This document shows positions 39,153-49,408 of a stretch of DNA of 64,000 nucleotides, in pieces. Below the pieces are notes generated by a model. It was given only the letters and a program-made list of their open reading frames with translations, did not search any database and was not told where the DNA came from. Both the position numbers and the translations under genes were made by a program. Positions within the stretch are counted from its first letter, which is position 1; every line of letters starts with the position of its first letter. Source of the DNA: Deltaproteobacteria bacterium (lineage in GTDB: Bacteria; SAR324; XYD2-FULL-50-16); assembly GCA_018657625.1 (NCBI GenBank), contig JABHWU010000095.1, positions 4,962 through 68,961 of the forward strand, given 5' to 3'.

Positions 39153-40358
39153 TTAACCTTCATTATTTTGCGTGTAAAAATCGTCCCATTGATCCATTAT
39201 CTTTTCCCAGCTAAATTGGGATTTGGCGTACTCACAACCTTGTTTCGCAAGTTTTGAGGCTTTATCGCTATCTAAAAGAATCGTCAACAATTTCTCAGAT
39301 AGATCGATAGGGTTCTTCTGTTCTGTCAATAAACCAGTATGTTCATGTTTTATTATATCAGTAATTCCTCCAACATTAGAAGAAACGACGGGTCTTCCAT
39401 AGTTTAACGCTTCTAATATTACGACTCCCAGTCCCTCAGTATCTCCTTTTGAATCAATGATCGCCGGTAAACAAAAAACATCACAACGCTTATATTTTTG
39501 AATTAAGGCTTCATTGCTCAACTTTCCTGTTAAAATAACTCGCTTATCTAGATTCAATTTCTGAATTTCTAACTTTAAATCTGATATAACAGGAGGGTCT
39601 CCGGATCCAACAATATTTAAAATAGCATCACATTTTTCCAATATTTTAGGCATGGCCTGAATTAAATATTTTAATCCCTTTCTTTCAATGATTCGTCCAA
39701 CACTAAGTATTTGTTTGGTGGAATTGTTCGGTAATGCCAAAGGTTTATATTCTAAAGGAGATCCATATGGTATAATATGAGTTGTGGTATCTTTAATGTC
39801 CTTTACTTTCCTGCTGGTAAATTCGGAAATGCAGACGATTAAGTCAGCCTTTCGAATTAAATAATGTAAAACTGTTTTTACATAACTATATGTTTGAGCA
39901 AGCAGCAAACTGGCACCATAAAAATGAAGTACAAATGTTGGTTTGGCTTTCCTTTTAGCCATAATGCAAGCCAAACCCATAATTCCCTGAGGAAAAGGCC
40001 AGTGACATTGTACGAAATCGTATTTATTTTTCAACCCTAATCTAAATGCAGCTATCATCCCCAATAGAACATATGGAAAAAACATGAATTTATAAAGTTT
40101 GGAGTTTCTGATTTTATTCGGAGCACCTTGATCGTGTGTTAACGACTCCCATTTCTTAAAAAAATACCGAAACCGATATACTTTAAACCCTTCAATATCA
40201 TGGGTTTTTAATCCCTGATATGAGGGTGCCAGTATATCAACCTTATACCCTCTATCTCTTAATCGCCTAAGATTATCCAGCATCCAGGGATTTTGCATTT
40301 CCCCTTCATACCTGCAAAAAGTCGATACTATATAAAGTATTCTATGTTTATCAGTCAT
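39153..40358 (-). CDS. family 4 (GT-B) glycosyltransferase
   Basis: Start at ATG 40358 (MTDKHRILYIVS). C-terminal EGLGVVILEALNYGRPVVSSNVGGITDII block (E-x7-E type). Confidence 0.85.
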   Translation of the reverse strand: MTDKHRILYIVSTFCRYEGEMQNPWMLDNLRRLRDRGYKVDILAPSYQGLKTHDIEGFKVYRFRYFFKKWESLTHDQGAPNKIRNSKLYKFMFFPYVLLGMIAAFRLGLKNKYDFVQCHWPFPQGIMGLACIMAKRKAKPTFVLHFYGASLLLAQTYSYVKTVLHYLIRKADLIVCISEFTSRKVKDIKDTTTHIIPYGSPLEYKPLALPNNSTKQILSVGRIIERKGLKYLIQAMPKILEKCDAILNIVGSGDPPVISDLKLEIQKLNLDKRVILTGKLSNEALIQKYKRCDVFCLPAIIDSKGDTEGLGVVILEALNYGRPVVSSNVGGITDIIKHEHTGLLTEQKNPIDLSEKLLTILLDSDKASKLAKQGCEYAKSQFSWEKIMDQWDDFYTQNNEG

Positions 40359-40919
40359 TGTGATATATTCAGGGAAACATGGTTTGTTGGGAAGGGTGTT
40401 TCTAAATTTAATAATAACTTGAAGAATACAAATCATCTAAAACTTTGAATCAAGAACGTTCCCTTTTAGACTTTTAGATTGATTATTTCAATGATATTCG
40501 AATTTTAGTACAAATTTAGGACACTTTGATTAATTTAATATACTGATTTTATTAATATTATGCTTGCATTTTCAATGTTGCCATTATATAGTTAAAACTA
40601 ATTTACAGCAATAATATCAATCTTTTAGCGTTGATATTATGCAATTAGGTTTATTCGATATTGATACAAAAAATCAGTCAGCTCCCGACTTTTCCACAAT
40701 CTGGAAAAAGGAAGAAAAACTAACCCAACAGGGTTATGATGCAAGTGGCGGATCCTTATACAAAGTTTTTATCCGTCAGCTCGTAGCTATGCTTTAGGCT
40801 TCCTCCAGACAAATCCTCATGGAAATGCCCTTGCCATCAGCTAGTCGTTAATGTCATAATCCATACGAACTATAACAGTGACTTTACCAGCACGGGACTT
40901 TCACCCAATAAGATTACGA

Positions 40920-40980
40920 CCAGGCGGGTGTTCACCGGAATTTTTCCGCAGTAAGCCGCTCCAAAATCCGGTGACGCTGG
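40920..40980 (+). other. GC-rich extended hairpin inside a 250-nt GC-rich non-coding island
   Basis: CCAGgCG-ggtgtt-CACCGGA ... TCCGGTG-a-CGCTGG, with an inner CGGAA-ttt-TTCCG hairpin. The surrounding intergenic DNA is very AT-rich. Confidence 0.4.
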
Positions 40981-41039
40981 CGTTAAGTAACAATCTCACT
41001 CGCTTAAAATCTAATAACAATAATCACAAGTAAAACACT

Positions 41040-41813
41040 ATGGACAAAAACACACCTGAATTGTGGGATAATTTCTGGGAAAAAAACGAATTACGTCAAG
41101 ATGATTTAGATGCTGTCAAATACGAATTATTAACTATCAGATGGCAGAGAATTGAAAATATTACGATTGACCATTTTGGTCAATTTGAAGGATTAAACAT
41201 TTTGGAGATTGGTGGCGGAATTGGAACAAATGCAGCATTAATGGCAAAAATGGGGGCAAATGTTTCAATACTAGATTATTCTAAGAAAGCACTAAAAAGG
41301 TCAGAAAAATTATTTAATGAATTGGGACTCAAAGTAAATCTGATTCAAGACGATGCTCTATCGTTATCTTCTAAATACAAAAGTAAATTTGACATTACAA
41401 TGTCGTTTGGTTTAGCGGAGCATTTCATAGGGGAAGAAAGGCAGAGAATTATTGAAACTCATATCAAAGCCCTAAAGCAAGGTGGAGTAACTTTTATTTC
41501 TGTTCCAAATAAGTACAATCCTCCATATCGAATATACAAATATCTGGCTCAAAAGGCAAGATTCTGGAGTGTTGGTGAAGAGTATCCTTATTCAAGAGGT
41601 GAATTTAAGGAGATTTGTAAGTCACTAAAGATAAAAGACTATTTATTTATTGGAGATTCCTTTTATTGGTCACTTAATTTTATCAATCCAATTCAAATTT
41701 TAAAAAAAGTATTGAAGATCAAATACAATTATTACTGTACTAAAAAACAACGAGGAAGTTTTCTTGATTCTCATTTTAGTTATGCCATTATCCTGGTCTG
41801 TAAGAAAAAATAG
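41040..41813 (+). CDS. class I SAM-dependent methyltransferase
   Basis: 257 aa. Motif I ILEIGGGIGTNA, motif II-like DITMSFGLAEHF, and GGVTFISVPN. Confidence 0.75.
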   Translation: MDKNTPELWDNFWEKNELRQDDLDAVKYELLTIRWQRIENITIDHFGQFEGLNILEIGGGIGTNAALMAKMGANVSILDYSKKALKRSEKLFNELGLKVNLIQDDALSLSSKYKSKFDITMSFGLAEHFIGEERQRIIETHIKALKQGGVTFISVPNKYNPPYRIYKYLAQKARFWSVGEEYPYSRGEFKEICKSLKIKDYLFIGDSFYWSLNFINPIQILKKVLKIKYNYYCTKKQRGSFLDSHFSYAIILVCKKK

Positions 41814-42155
41814 ATTTATATTGGTTTATCTACTTGTCACTTGAGCAGATGGCATATCGCCCTTAGTGGATAAGAGTCCTCCTAATTAGACGAAAAATCA
41901 CTGCACTAGCAAGACGTCTTTTCACAATAATTGCAGAAATTTTATGGGTATTATATAAATTTTTAGTAGACTTTGGTCCAAAAGGGAATTAGGAATAACT
42001 GTTAAAAAAGTGACTTAACACTACCAATTTTTTAATAATATTAAGACTAAGTAATTCATACCTAAAACAATTTAAACTGCATTGTTAGACGATTTGAAAT
42101 AAAGATTGATTATAACAATTCATAATATTTTTTTAGGTTATATTTAAGGTAAAAA

Positions 42156-43190
42156 ATGAAGAAAGCGATTGTTACTGGAATAACAGGCCAGGATGGCGCA
42201 TACTTATCCGAACTCTTACTTGAGAAGGGATATATAGTGTATGGCACATATCGTCGTACCAGTTCTGTAAATTTCTGGAGAATTGAAGAACTAGGAATAA
42301 AAAATCATGAAAATTTTCATTTAGTTGAATATGATTTGACTGATAAGAGTTCATCATTTCGACTGGTGGAGCGTTGTCTACCAGATGAAATTTATAACCT
42401 GGCGGCTCAAAGCTTTGTCGCCGTATCTTTCGACCAACCAATTCTAACTGCAAATATTACTGGGCTTGGAGCAGTAAGTCTACTCGAGGCGATTCGGGTT
42501 ATTAACCCCAAAATACGCTATTATCAAGCATCTACTTCGGAAATGTTTGGAAAAGTTCAGGAAACGCCACAAACAGAAAAAACGCCTTTCTACCCAAGAA
42601 GCCCCTATGGCGTGGCTAAACTTTATGCACATTGGATGACAATCAATTATCGTGAATCCTATGGTATTTTTGGAACGAGTGGAATTCTATTTAACCATGA
42701 ATCTCCTTTAAGAGGCCTTGAATTTGTGACAAGAAAAATCACTGATGCTGTTGCAAAATTTCACTTGGGAAAACTAGATTTACTGGAATTAGGAAATTTA
42801 GATGCCAAACGTGATTGGGGTTATGCCAAGGAATATGTCGAAGGAATGTATAGCATGTTACAAATGGATACGCCTGGCACATTTTTATTAGCAACCGGTA
42901 GAACTGAAAGTGTTAGAGATTTTGTAACCATGGCATTTAAAACAATCGGTAAAGAAATCGATTGGCGTGGAAAAGGCGAAGATGAGATCGGGGTCGATAC
43001 ATCAACAGGTAAAAACCTGGTAAAAGTAAATCCTAAGTTTTATCGCCCCACTGAAGTTGATTTTTTAATTGGTAATCCCGAAAAAGCAAAGCAAAAACTT
43101 GGTTGGGAAGCGAAAACTAGGCTGGAAGAAATATGTAACATGATGGTAAAAGCAGATCTAAGGAGAAATGAAAGTGGTTTCTGTTTCTAA
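42156..43190 (+). CDS. gmd: GDP-mannose 4,6-dehydratase
   Basis: 344 aa. [39 protein letters not shown] (YxxxK), NHESPLRG. Confidence 0.95.
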   Translation: MKKAIVTGITGQDGAYLSELLLEKGYIVYGTYRRTSSVNFWRIEELGIKNHENFHLVEYDLTDKSSSFRLVERCLPDEIYNLAAQSFVAVSFDQPILTANITGLGAVSLLEAIRVINPKIRYYQASTSEMFGKVQETPQTEKTPFYPRSPYGVAKLYAHWMTINYRESYGIFGTSGILFNHESPLRGLEFVTRKITDAVAKFHLGKLDLLELGNLDAKRDWGYAKEYVEGMYSMLQMDTPGTFLLATGRTESVRDFVTMAFKTIGKEIDWRGKGEDEIGVDTSTGKNLVKVNPKFYRPTEVDFLIGNPEKAKQKLGWEAKTRLEEICNMMVKADLRRNESGFCF

Positions 43191-44067
43191 AAAAGTCTTA
43201 ATTGTTGGGATAAAAAGCTTTACAGGAAAATACCTTGAAGATGAACTACATGCTCATGGATACGATGTCTATGGATGTGATATCATACAAGGTAACGATT
43301 CTCACTACTATAAATGTGATATTACAAAAAAAAATGAGCTCATAGAAATCATTAACTCTGTAAAACCTAATTACATCGTTCATTTAGTCGCCATAAGTTT
43401 TGTTCCTCATGCAGAAATTTCAGAAATATATAATATTAATCTTTTTGGAACTTTAAATTTATTGGATGCCGTTTTAGAGACAAACTGCTCAATCCAGAAA
43501 ATACTTATTGTTAGTAGTGGAAATGTCTATGGGGAACCAGCTATTGAGTACATAGATGAGAACATTAGGCCCAAACCAGTGAGCCACTATGCAAATAGTA
43601 AACTTGCAATGGAGCATATGGTAAATACCTATTGCGATATTCTACCACTGATTATCACACGACCATTTAATTATACCGGGAAAAATCAACATGTAAAATT
43701 CCTGATTCCCAAAATAATTTCTCATTTTAGAGATAAAAAAGAGACGATTGAATTAGGAAATTTGGGAATCGTTAGAGATTTTTCAGATGTTAGATTTGTA
43801 ACAAATGCTTATCGTCGATTACTGGAATCATCAGCCACCTCTGAAACAGTTAATATTTGTAGTGGTTATGGTATTGCTCTTACAGATATTATTTCTTATG
43901 CATGCAACATCGCAGGCTATCATATCAAGGTTGAGGTGAATCCAGAATTCCTTAGGAAAAATGAAATTAAAACACTAATCGGCGTTAACCATAAACTAAT
44001 GAGTTTAATAGGAAAAATAGATCCAATCCCAATAAAAGAAACATTGCGGTGGATGATGATAGACTAA
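43168..44067 (+). CDS. rmd: GDP-4-dehydro-6-deoxy-D-mannose reductase (Rmd-like SDR)
   Basis: 299 aa. Blocks [28 protein letters not shown] (YxxxK), [27 protein letters not shown] and NICSG parallel Pseudomonas Rmd. Overlaps gmd by 23 nt. Confidence 0.65.
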   Translation: MKVVSVSKKVLIVGIKSFTGKYLEDELHAHGYDVYGCDIIQGNDSHYYKCDITKKNELIEIINSVKPNYIVHLVAISFVPHAEISEIYNINLFGTLNLLDAVLETNCSIQKILIVSSGNVYGEPAIEYIDENIRPKPVSHYANSKLAMEHMVNTYCDILPLIITRPFNYTGKNQHVKFLIPKIISHFRDKKETIELGNLGIVRDFSDVRFVTNAYRRLLESSATSETVNICSGYGIALTDIISYACNIAGYHIKVEVNPEFLRKNEIKTLIGVNHKLMSLIGKIDPIPIKETLRWMMID

Positions 44068-44190
44068 GACAGTATAAGTTTTAAATGCAAACCTTCAAAG
44101 CCTTATTATCATTAATTGTTTACAACTATAAAAAAACGCTAATTATTGGTATTTACACCGATCCTGCTACTCTTCAATAATAATAAAAAA

Positions 44191-45240
44191 ATGGCTAATC
44201 AAAAAAAAGATACTTTGACCAGTTTAGCACGAACCTGTGGTTGAGCGGCGAAAATTGGTCCGATGGATTTATCGGACGCTCTAAAAGATATTAAACCTTC
44301 TCACGATGAAAATTTGCTGGTTGGTTTTGAAAATTCAGATGATGCCTCAGTTTATCGTTTAAGCGATGAAATTGCTATGGTGAACACCATAGATTTTATT
44401 ACACCGCCGGTAGATGATCCTTATTGGTTTGGATTAATAGCGGCAGCTAATTCGCTTTCTGATATTTATGCAATGGGTGGTAAACCACTGACAGCTTTAA
44501 ATGTAGTTATGTTCCCAGGCAAAAAGCTGGACAGCGGTATTTTACGGGAAATCCTGAGGGGTGGTGCTGATAAGGTAAGGGAATCTGGTGCTTGTATTGT
44601 CGGTGGGCATTCAGTTGATGATAATGAACCGAAGTATGGCTTATCAGTAAGCGGCATTGTTCATCCCGATAAAATACTGACCAATAGTCGAGCGAAAGCT
44701 GGTGATGCTTTAATTCTGACGAAACCGATTGGATCAGGAGTGTTGTTAAATGCAGTCCGTGATGGTAAGTATCCTTTCAATGAATTGGAGAAACAGGTCC
44801 TGCCAAAAATGGCAACCTTAAATAAAAAGGCGATTGAGTGTGCCCTGCCATTTGATATTCAGGCCTGTACTGATGTTACCGGGTTTGGGTTAGTGGGACA
44901 TGCACTTGAAATGGCAAGAGGCAGCCAAAAACAAATTGTCATTTACTATGACAAAGTCCCTTTTTATCCAGATGCCTATGAAATGTATCAAAAAGGCGTT
45001 TCAACAGGCAGTAATAAAGATAATAAAGCTTTAGTTGAAAAATATTTGGATATTCAAAAAACCATCGATAATCAACAGGAATCATTGCTATACGATCCTC
45101 AAACCTCAGGTGGCTTGTTATTATCTATTTCTAAAAGTCATTTAGAATCAGTGCTTTCTGCGATTAACAGTCAATGTGATATTCAAGCGACTTATATTGG
45201 AGAAGTGTTCGATGGTAATTCTGAAGTTATCATCGCTTAA
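44191..45240 (+). CDS. selD: selenide, water dikinase SelD, selenocysteine-containing (UGA at 44242-44244)
   Basis: The track ORF starts at 44263. Extending in frame to ATG 44191 gives MANQKKDTLTSLARTCG[TGA]AAKIGPMDLSDAL, aligning with E. coli [23 protein letters not shown], with U at Cys17. Downstream blocks DDASVY and TIDFITPPVDDPYWFGLIAAANSLSDIYAMGGKP. Confidence 0.85.
44258..44277 (+). promoter_or_regulatory. candidate bacterial SECIS hairpin for selD
   Basis: GTCCGAT-GGATTT-ATCGGAC: a perfect 7-bp stem with a G/U-containing loop, starting 13 nt after the UGA. Confidence 0.55.
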
Positions 45241-45246
45241 TTTGGA

Positions 45247-45284
45247 AAAACAGGTATATGCATTGGCTGTATACCTGTTTTAAT
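45247..45284. terminator. bidirectional intrinsic terminator between selD and the convergent gene
   Basis: AACAGGTATA-tgcattggctg-TATACCTGTT flanked by A5 / T4 (45249-45279). Confidence 0.6.
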
Positions 45285-45291
45285 CCCGTAT

Positions 45292-47154
45292 TTACAAGCC
45301 AAAAGCTTTCAGCATATAGCTAACGTCTGCGCCATTTAATATCGCTTTACCATTTTCAATACTCAATTCACTCTCCAGGTCCTCTCCTTTGTCCAGTATA
45401 AAATTAGTATATTGTTCTCTAATATTCTTTAAATAAAATCCAACCAGGGATTGATCGGTAAGTTTCAGCAAATTTTTATATTCCACAACCTTAAATCCCA
45501 GTTTAATCTTACTTGATTCAAGTATTTTGGATATTAACTGAGTCGGCATCAACTGTTGCGGTTGATTATTTATTAGCAGATTAAGGTCAAAGTCATTAGG
45601 GAGTGCTTTTAAATCAAAATTAGCTTCAACCTTCAAAGCAACGTTTTGATCAGTCTTCAACAAGATGTCACAACTGATGCCAGGCGTTTTTTGAGAAATT
45701 TTAATCAGATTTAAACTGCTTGAATTTAAATTTGATTGTTTGACCACAAAATTCTCATTCGCTGCAGTTACAAGGGTACCGATATCCAACTGCCTGACAT
45801 TTATTTTCAAATCGTTTTCCAAAAATTTAATTGGTAAAAACATAGCCATCATTGGGTTTTTATCAAGTTGATTCAAATGGATGGCAGGATTTATATTTAA
45901 ATCCATCACACCATCTTTAATTTCAAACCCAAAATCAAATTTCCCGTTAGGACTGTTTAATCCAACCTGCCGCAGGGTGGATAAGGCTAGGTTTTTATAG
46001 TCTAAATTTACATCACCCTTAATATTATATAGCAATTCATTCATCACCTTAATTAACCCAGGGGTATCATTATTTGCGATAAAAGCTGACCATTTTTGAT
46101 TGAATGCCTTCATTTTCAGGGGATTTGATACACCGGTACTCTTTAAAGTTGATTGCTCCAATTTAATTTTAAAGTCCTGTGTGTCAATATCTAAATCTTT
46201 GATAACACCCTCTGCACTAGCTTCCTCACGGTTCGCTTGCGTCAGTTTAAAGACAGCATCATATCTAATCTGACCGATTTTAAAACTAAACAAGGGTGAT
46301 TTAGTAGCAATAGATTCCAGTTTAAAATTGATCTTTGGGGTCTTGACATTATATTTTGACAGGGTAGAAAGCAAATTCTCCGGACCAAATCTGTTACCAA
46401 TTATTTCATTAAAATCATTGATGATTTGTTTTTCAGAACTTAATTCGAGAGAAAAACTCAGGTTTTTAAATTCACCGGAAGCGTCCGCTTCTTTAATATC
46501 GGCCTTAAATTCTGAGATACCAAAATTAACATTGCAAATCAATTGTTCACCAATTTGATAATCACTTCCCAGATCAAGATTATTGATTGAGAATATGGGA
46601 TCAATAGATTTTGATTTATCTGTAACTAAAACGCTGGCTATTTTAAGAGCACTTGTTCCTGTTTGTTTTTTTGGGTCATTATCCAATTGAATCACGGTTT
46701 TCTCAACCATAACCGCCATCATTGGACTATCAATATCTATTTTACCTATTTCAATCTCTGTTTTGGAAATTTGGTAAGCACCGAGTCCATCAAAAATACT
46801 ACTATTTGTTTGAATACCCTGAATTTTTAATGAGATATTTCCATCATCTGATTTCAAAAAAATATCCGGAATCTTGGTAACAATCCGGTGCCACCTGTTT
46901 TCAGCCTGAATAACAGGTATTTTAAATTCCTGTTGCCGAAAGGTTACGCGTGAATCCTTTACTACAGCTGTAGCTTTAAAAAAACCAAATGAGGTTTCAA
47001 CTGGCCCGGGTGAAATCACCGCTTTTTGAATATTAATATCATTTAACAGGGCTTGTTCAATTTTACGGGAAGCCTGGTATCCAATACCATAACCTGCAGC
47101 TACAATTAAAGTACACAGTGCCACAAATATCAGCATTATTTTTGAGTTAAACAT
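45292..47154 (-). CDS. hypothetical membrane-anchored protein
   Basis: Start placed at ATG 47154 (MFNSKIMLIFVALCTLIVAAGYG), with GGAG 6 nt upstream. One N-terminal TM helix, then a ~590-aa beta-rich region. No motif recognised. Confidence 0.55.
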   Translation of the reverse strand: MFNSKIMLIFVALCTLIVAAGYGIGYQASRKIEQALLNDINIQKAVISPGPVETSFGFFKATAVVKDSRVTFRQQEFKIPVIQAENRWHRIVTKIPDIFLKSDDGNISLKIQGIQTNSSIFDGLGAYQISKTEIEIGKIDIDSPMMAVMVEKTVIQLDNDPKKQTGTSALKIASVLVTDKSKSIDPIFSINNLDLGSDYQIGEQLICNVNFGISEFKADIKEADASGEFKNLSFSLELSSEKQIINDFNEIIGNRFGPENLLSTLSKYNVKTPKINFKLESIATKSPLFSFKIGQIRYDAVFKLTQANREEASAEGVIKDLDIDTQDFKIKLEQSTLKSTGVSNPLKMKAFNQKWSAFIANNDTPGLIKVMNELLYNIKGDVNLDYKNLALSTLRQVGLNSPNGKFDFGFEIKDGVMDLNINPAIHLNQLDKNPMMAMFLPIKFLENDLKINVRQLDIGTLVTAANENFVVKQSNLNSSSLNLIKISQKTPGISCDILLKTDQNVALKVEANFDLKALPNDFDLNLLINNQPQQLMPTQLISKILESSKIKLGFKVVEYKNLLKLTDQSLVGFYLKNIREQYTNFILDKGEDLESELSIENGKAILNGADVSYMLKAFGL

Positions 47155-47221
47155 CCGATTCTCCAATATTTTAAAAATTGTTTATCGTTAACTGACACCA
47201 CAATAGGATGAATAGGTCTAA

Positions 47222-49018
47222 CTACTTACCCTTATTAAGTTTGAGATCATACTTTTTTATTTTTCTCAAAAGCGTTCGGTAGTTGATATCAAGAAGTTTG
47301 GCCACTTCACTTCTGCGCCATTGATACTTCTCAAGCATTGAAAGAATTACCTGTTTTTCTGTTTGATTAATAACTCCCTGGAGGGGTCTTTCTTCCCGCT
47401 TATTATCGTTTGTGGTTATTTTTGGCTGAGGTTCTTCATTGGGGTCTTGTTTTAATTCTGAAAATTCAATTTTATTTAAGGTGAGATATCTTTGGATCAC
47501 ATTCTGTAGTTCTCTGATATTGCCCGGCCATGGATAATCCTTGATCGCTGTCAAAAAATCAGGGGAAATGGAAATATCCTTCTTTGGTCCACCAAAAATT
47601 TTGGCGAAATGATCGACAAGCAATGGGATGTCTTCTCTTCGCTCGCGTAAGGAAGGCAAGGTGACCGGTAAAACATGGATACGATAAAAGAAGTCTTCAC
47701 GAATTAAACCTTTTGCAACATACTCTTTTAAATTTTTATTTGTGGCCGCAATAATTCGTAGATTCGGTTTTTTAACAACATTTCCCCCGACAGGTGTATA
47801 CCCACTTCCTTCTATTGCTCTCAATAATTTAACCTGAATATTCAAATTCAATTCTCCCACTTCATCCAGAAAAAGTGTTCCTCCATCTGCCAGATCTAGA
47901 AATCCAGGTTGATCACTATTTGCGCCACTAAAAGCGCCTTTCTTATGGCCAAAAAATTCACTTTCAACCAGATTTTCTGGAATTGCTCCACAATTCACTG
48001 GCATAAAAAGTTTATTCCGACGTTCACTCATCTTATGGATGGCATTGGCTACCAGTTCCTTACCAGTGCCGGATTCTCCAAAAATGACGACATTTGAGTG
48101 TGTTCCCGATGCCTGTAATATAAAGTCAAATATTTCCTGCATTACTTCGCTTTTTCCAATGATGTCACAAAACTTATAGGATTGCGTAATATTTTGCTTT
48201 AGTAATTTATTCTCGACACGGCATTGATGCTCCAATCTTTTTTGTTCTGTAATATCTGAAATAAAACCTTCAATTGCCAGCAATTTGGATTCACTGGAAT
48301 AAACACCAACACCTTGTTCCCATACCCATTTCTCTTCTCCCGATTTACTTATAATCCGAAAGGCCAGTCTAAATGGTTTTTTATTAGTTAAACATTCCTG
48401 AACGTCTACCCATAGTTTTTCCCGATCTTCAGGGTGGACCAAATCGTTATAAGCAACAACACTATTATCAACCATATCATCAGGCTGATAACCGGTTAAC
48501 TCCAAACAACCTTCACTAACAAATTCCATAGTCCAATTTCGATCATTCTTACAGCGATAGGCAATACCCGGCAGGTTGCTCATTAAAGTGGACCGCATTC
48601 GTTCGCTTTCTATCAAGGCTCTTTCTACACTAACTCTGACAGAAATATCTCTTGATATACAGATGCAAACAGCTTCTTCATCCCAGTATTCCTGAGTTAG
48701 TTTGGTTTCGACCGGAAATAACTTACCGGACTTTGCAACAAAAGGAACACCCAGTATTCCTTTTTTCCGGATCGAAATATTGTCATGTACTGTGATTGCT
48801 TCCGACCGAAGCAAAGAAGGATAGAGCTCAACAACTTTCATTTTGTAGAGCTCATTGTTTGTATAACCAAGACGATCTTTCGTGGTGGGGTTGGCATAGA
48901 TAATATTCTGATATTGATCAGCAATAACGACGAAATCAACAAAACTGTCAAAAAACGTTTTAAGATCCTTTCGTTTTCCAATAAGATCTGGAGTTTTATT
49001 TTTAGAACTGGAGTTCAT
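47222..49018 (-). CDS. sigma-54-dependent transcriptional activator with two PAS domains and Fis-type HTH
   Basis: 598 aa. AAA+ core GESGTGKELVANAIH, GAFSGA (a GAFTGA variant), DEVGEL, ELQNVIQR. C-terminal HTH RSEVAKLLDINYRTLLRKIKKY. Two PAS-like segments lie N-terminally. Confidence 0.9.
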   Translation of the reverse strand: MNSSSKNKTPDLIGKRKDLKTFFDSFVDFVVIADQYQNIIYANPTTKDRLGYTNNELYKMKVVELYPSLLRSEAITVHDNISIRKKGILGVPFVAKSGKLFPVETKLTQEYWDEEAVCICISRDISVRVSVERALIESERMRSTLMSNLPGIAYRCKNDRNWTMEFVSEGCLELTGYQPDDMVDNSVVAYNDLVHPEDREKLWVDVQECLTNKKPFRLAFRIISKSGEEKWVWEQGVGVYSSESKLLAIEGFISDITEQKRLEHQCRVENKLLKQNITQSYKFCDIIGKSEVMQEIFDFILQASGTHSNVVIFGESGTGKELVANAIHKMSERRNKLFMPVNCGAIPENLVESEFFGHKKGAFSGANSDQPGFLDLADGGTLFLDEVGELNLNIQVKLLRAIEGSGYTPVGGNVVKKPNLRIIAATNKNLKEYVAKGLIREDFFYRIHVLPVTLPSLRERREDIPLLVDHFAKIFGGPKKDISISPDFLTAIKDYPWPGNIRELQNVIQRYLTLNKIEFSELKQDPNEEPQPKITTNDNKREERPLQGVINQTEKQVILSMLEKYQWRRSEVAKLLDINYRTLLRKIKKYDLKLNKGK

Positions 49019-49150
49019 ATTTGTGTTTTGGCGTTTAGGTCCGGAAACGGTTTTAGGTAATAACTCAAGCTTTTTACACTATTTACAAATCTAACACAAT
49101 TATGAACTACACAGAATCATTGACCTCACTTTATTGAATGATGACTGTCT

Positions 49151-49387
49151 CTAGTTCAACATCTCTTTAATTTTAACGATGCCATCCTGAGCATCTTCAG
49201 CGTATCCATCTGCACCGATTCTGGCAGCCCAACGGGGGGTTACAGGAGCAACAGCCACATAGTCTTTGGCTTCCTGTATTCGCATGCCTTTGGTCATTTG
49301 CGCACGAGCAACCAGATCTTCCATAAACTCTTTTTCTGAAAGTTCTACCGGCGTACCGTCTCCATATCGGGTAAATATTTTTCCCAT
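49151..49387 (-). CDS. small protein resembling the C-terminal end of a cobalamin-binding domain
   Basis: 78 aa. VAVAPVTPRWAARIGADGYAEDAQDGIVKIKEML parallels the GGAPVT..fA..IGADGYA.DA..AV tail of B12-binding domains. The DxHxxG part is absent. Confidence 0.4.
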   Translation of the reverse strand: MGKIFTRYGDGTPVELSEKEFMEDLVARAQMTKGMRIQEAKDYVAVAPVTPRWAARIGADGYAEDAQDGIVKIKEMLN

Positions 49388-49408
49388 TTTTTATCCTTTA
49401 TAAAATCA

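Noticed and set aside
40920-40980. Possible SRP (4.5S) RNA, because of ACCAGG...CCGGAA...GCAG..AAG strings
   Set aside because: The conserved helix-8 arrangement (GGUCCGGAAGGAAGCAGCC with its symmetric and asymmetric loops) cannot be reproduced. The similarity is limited to short words.
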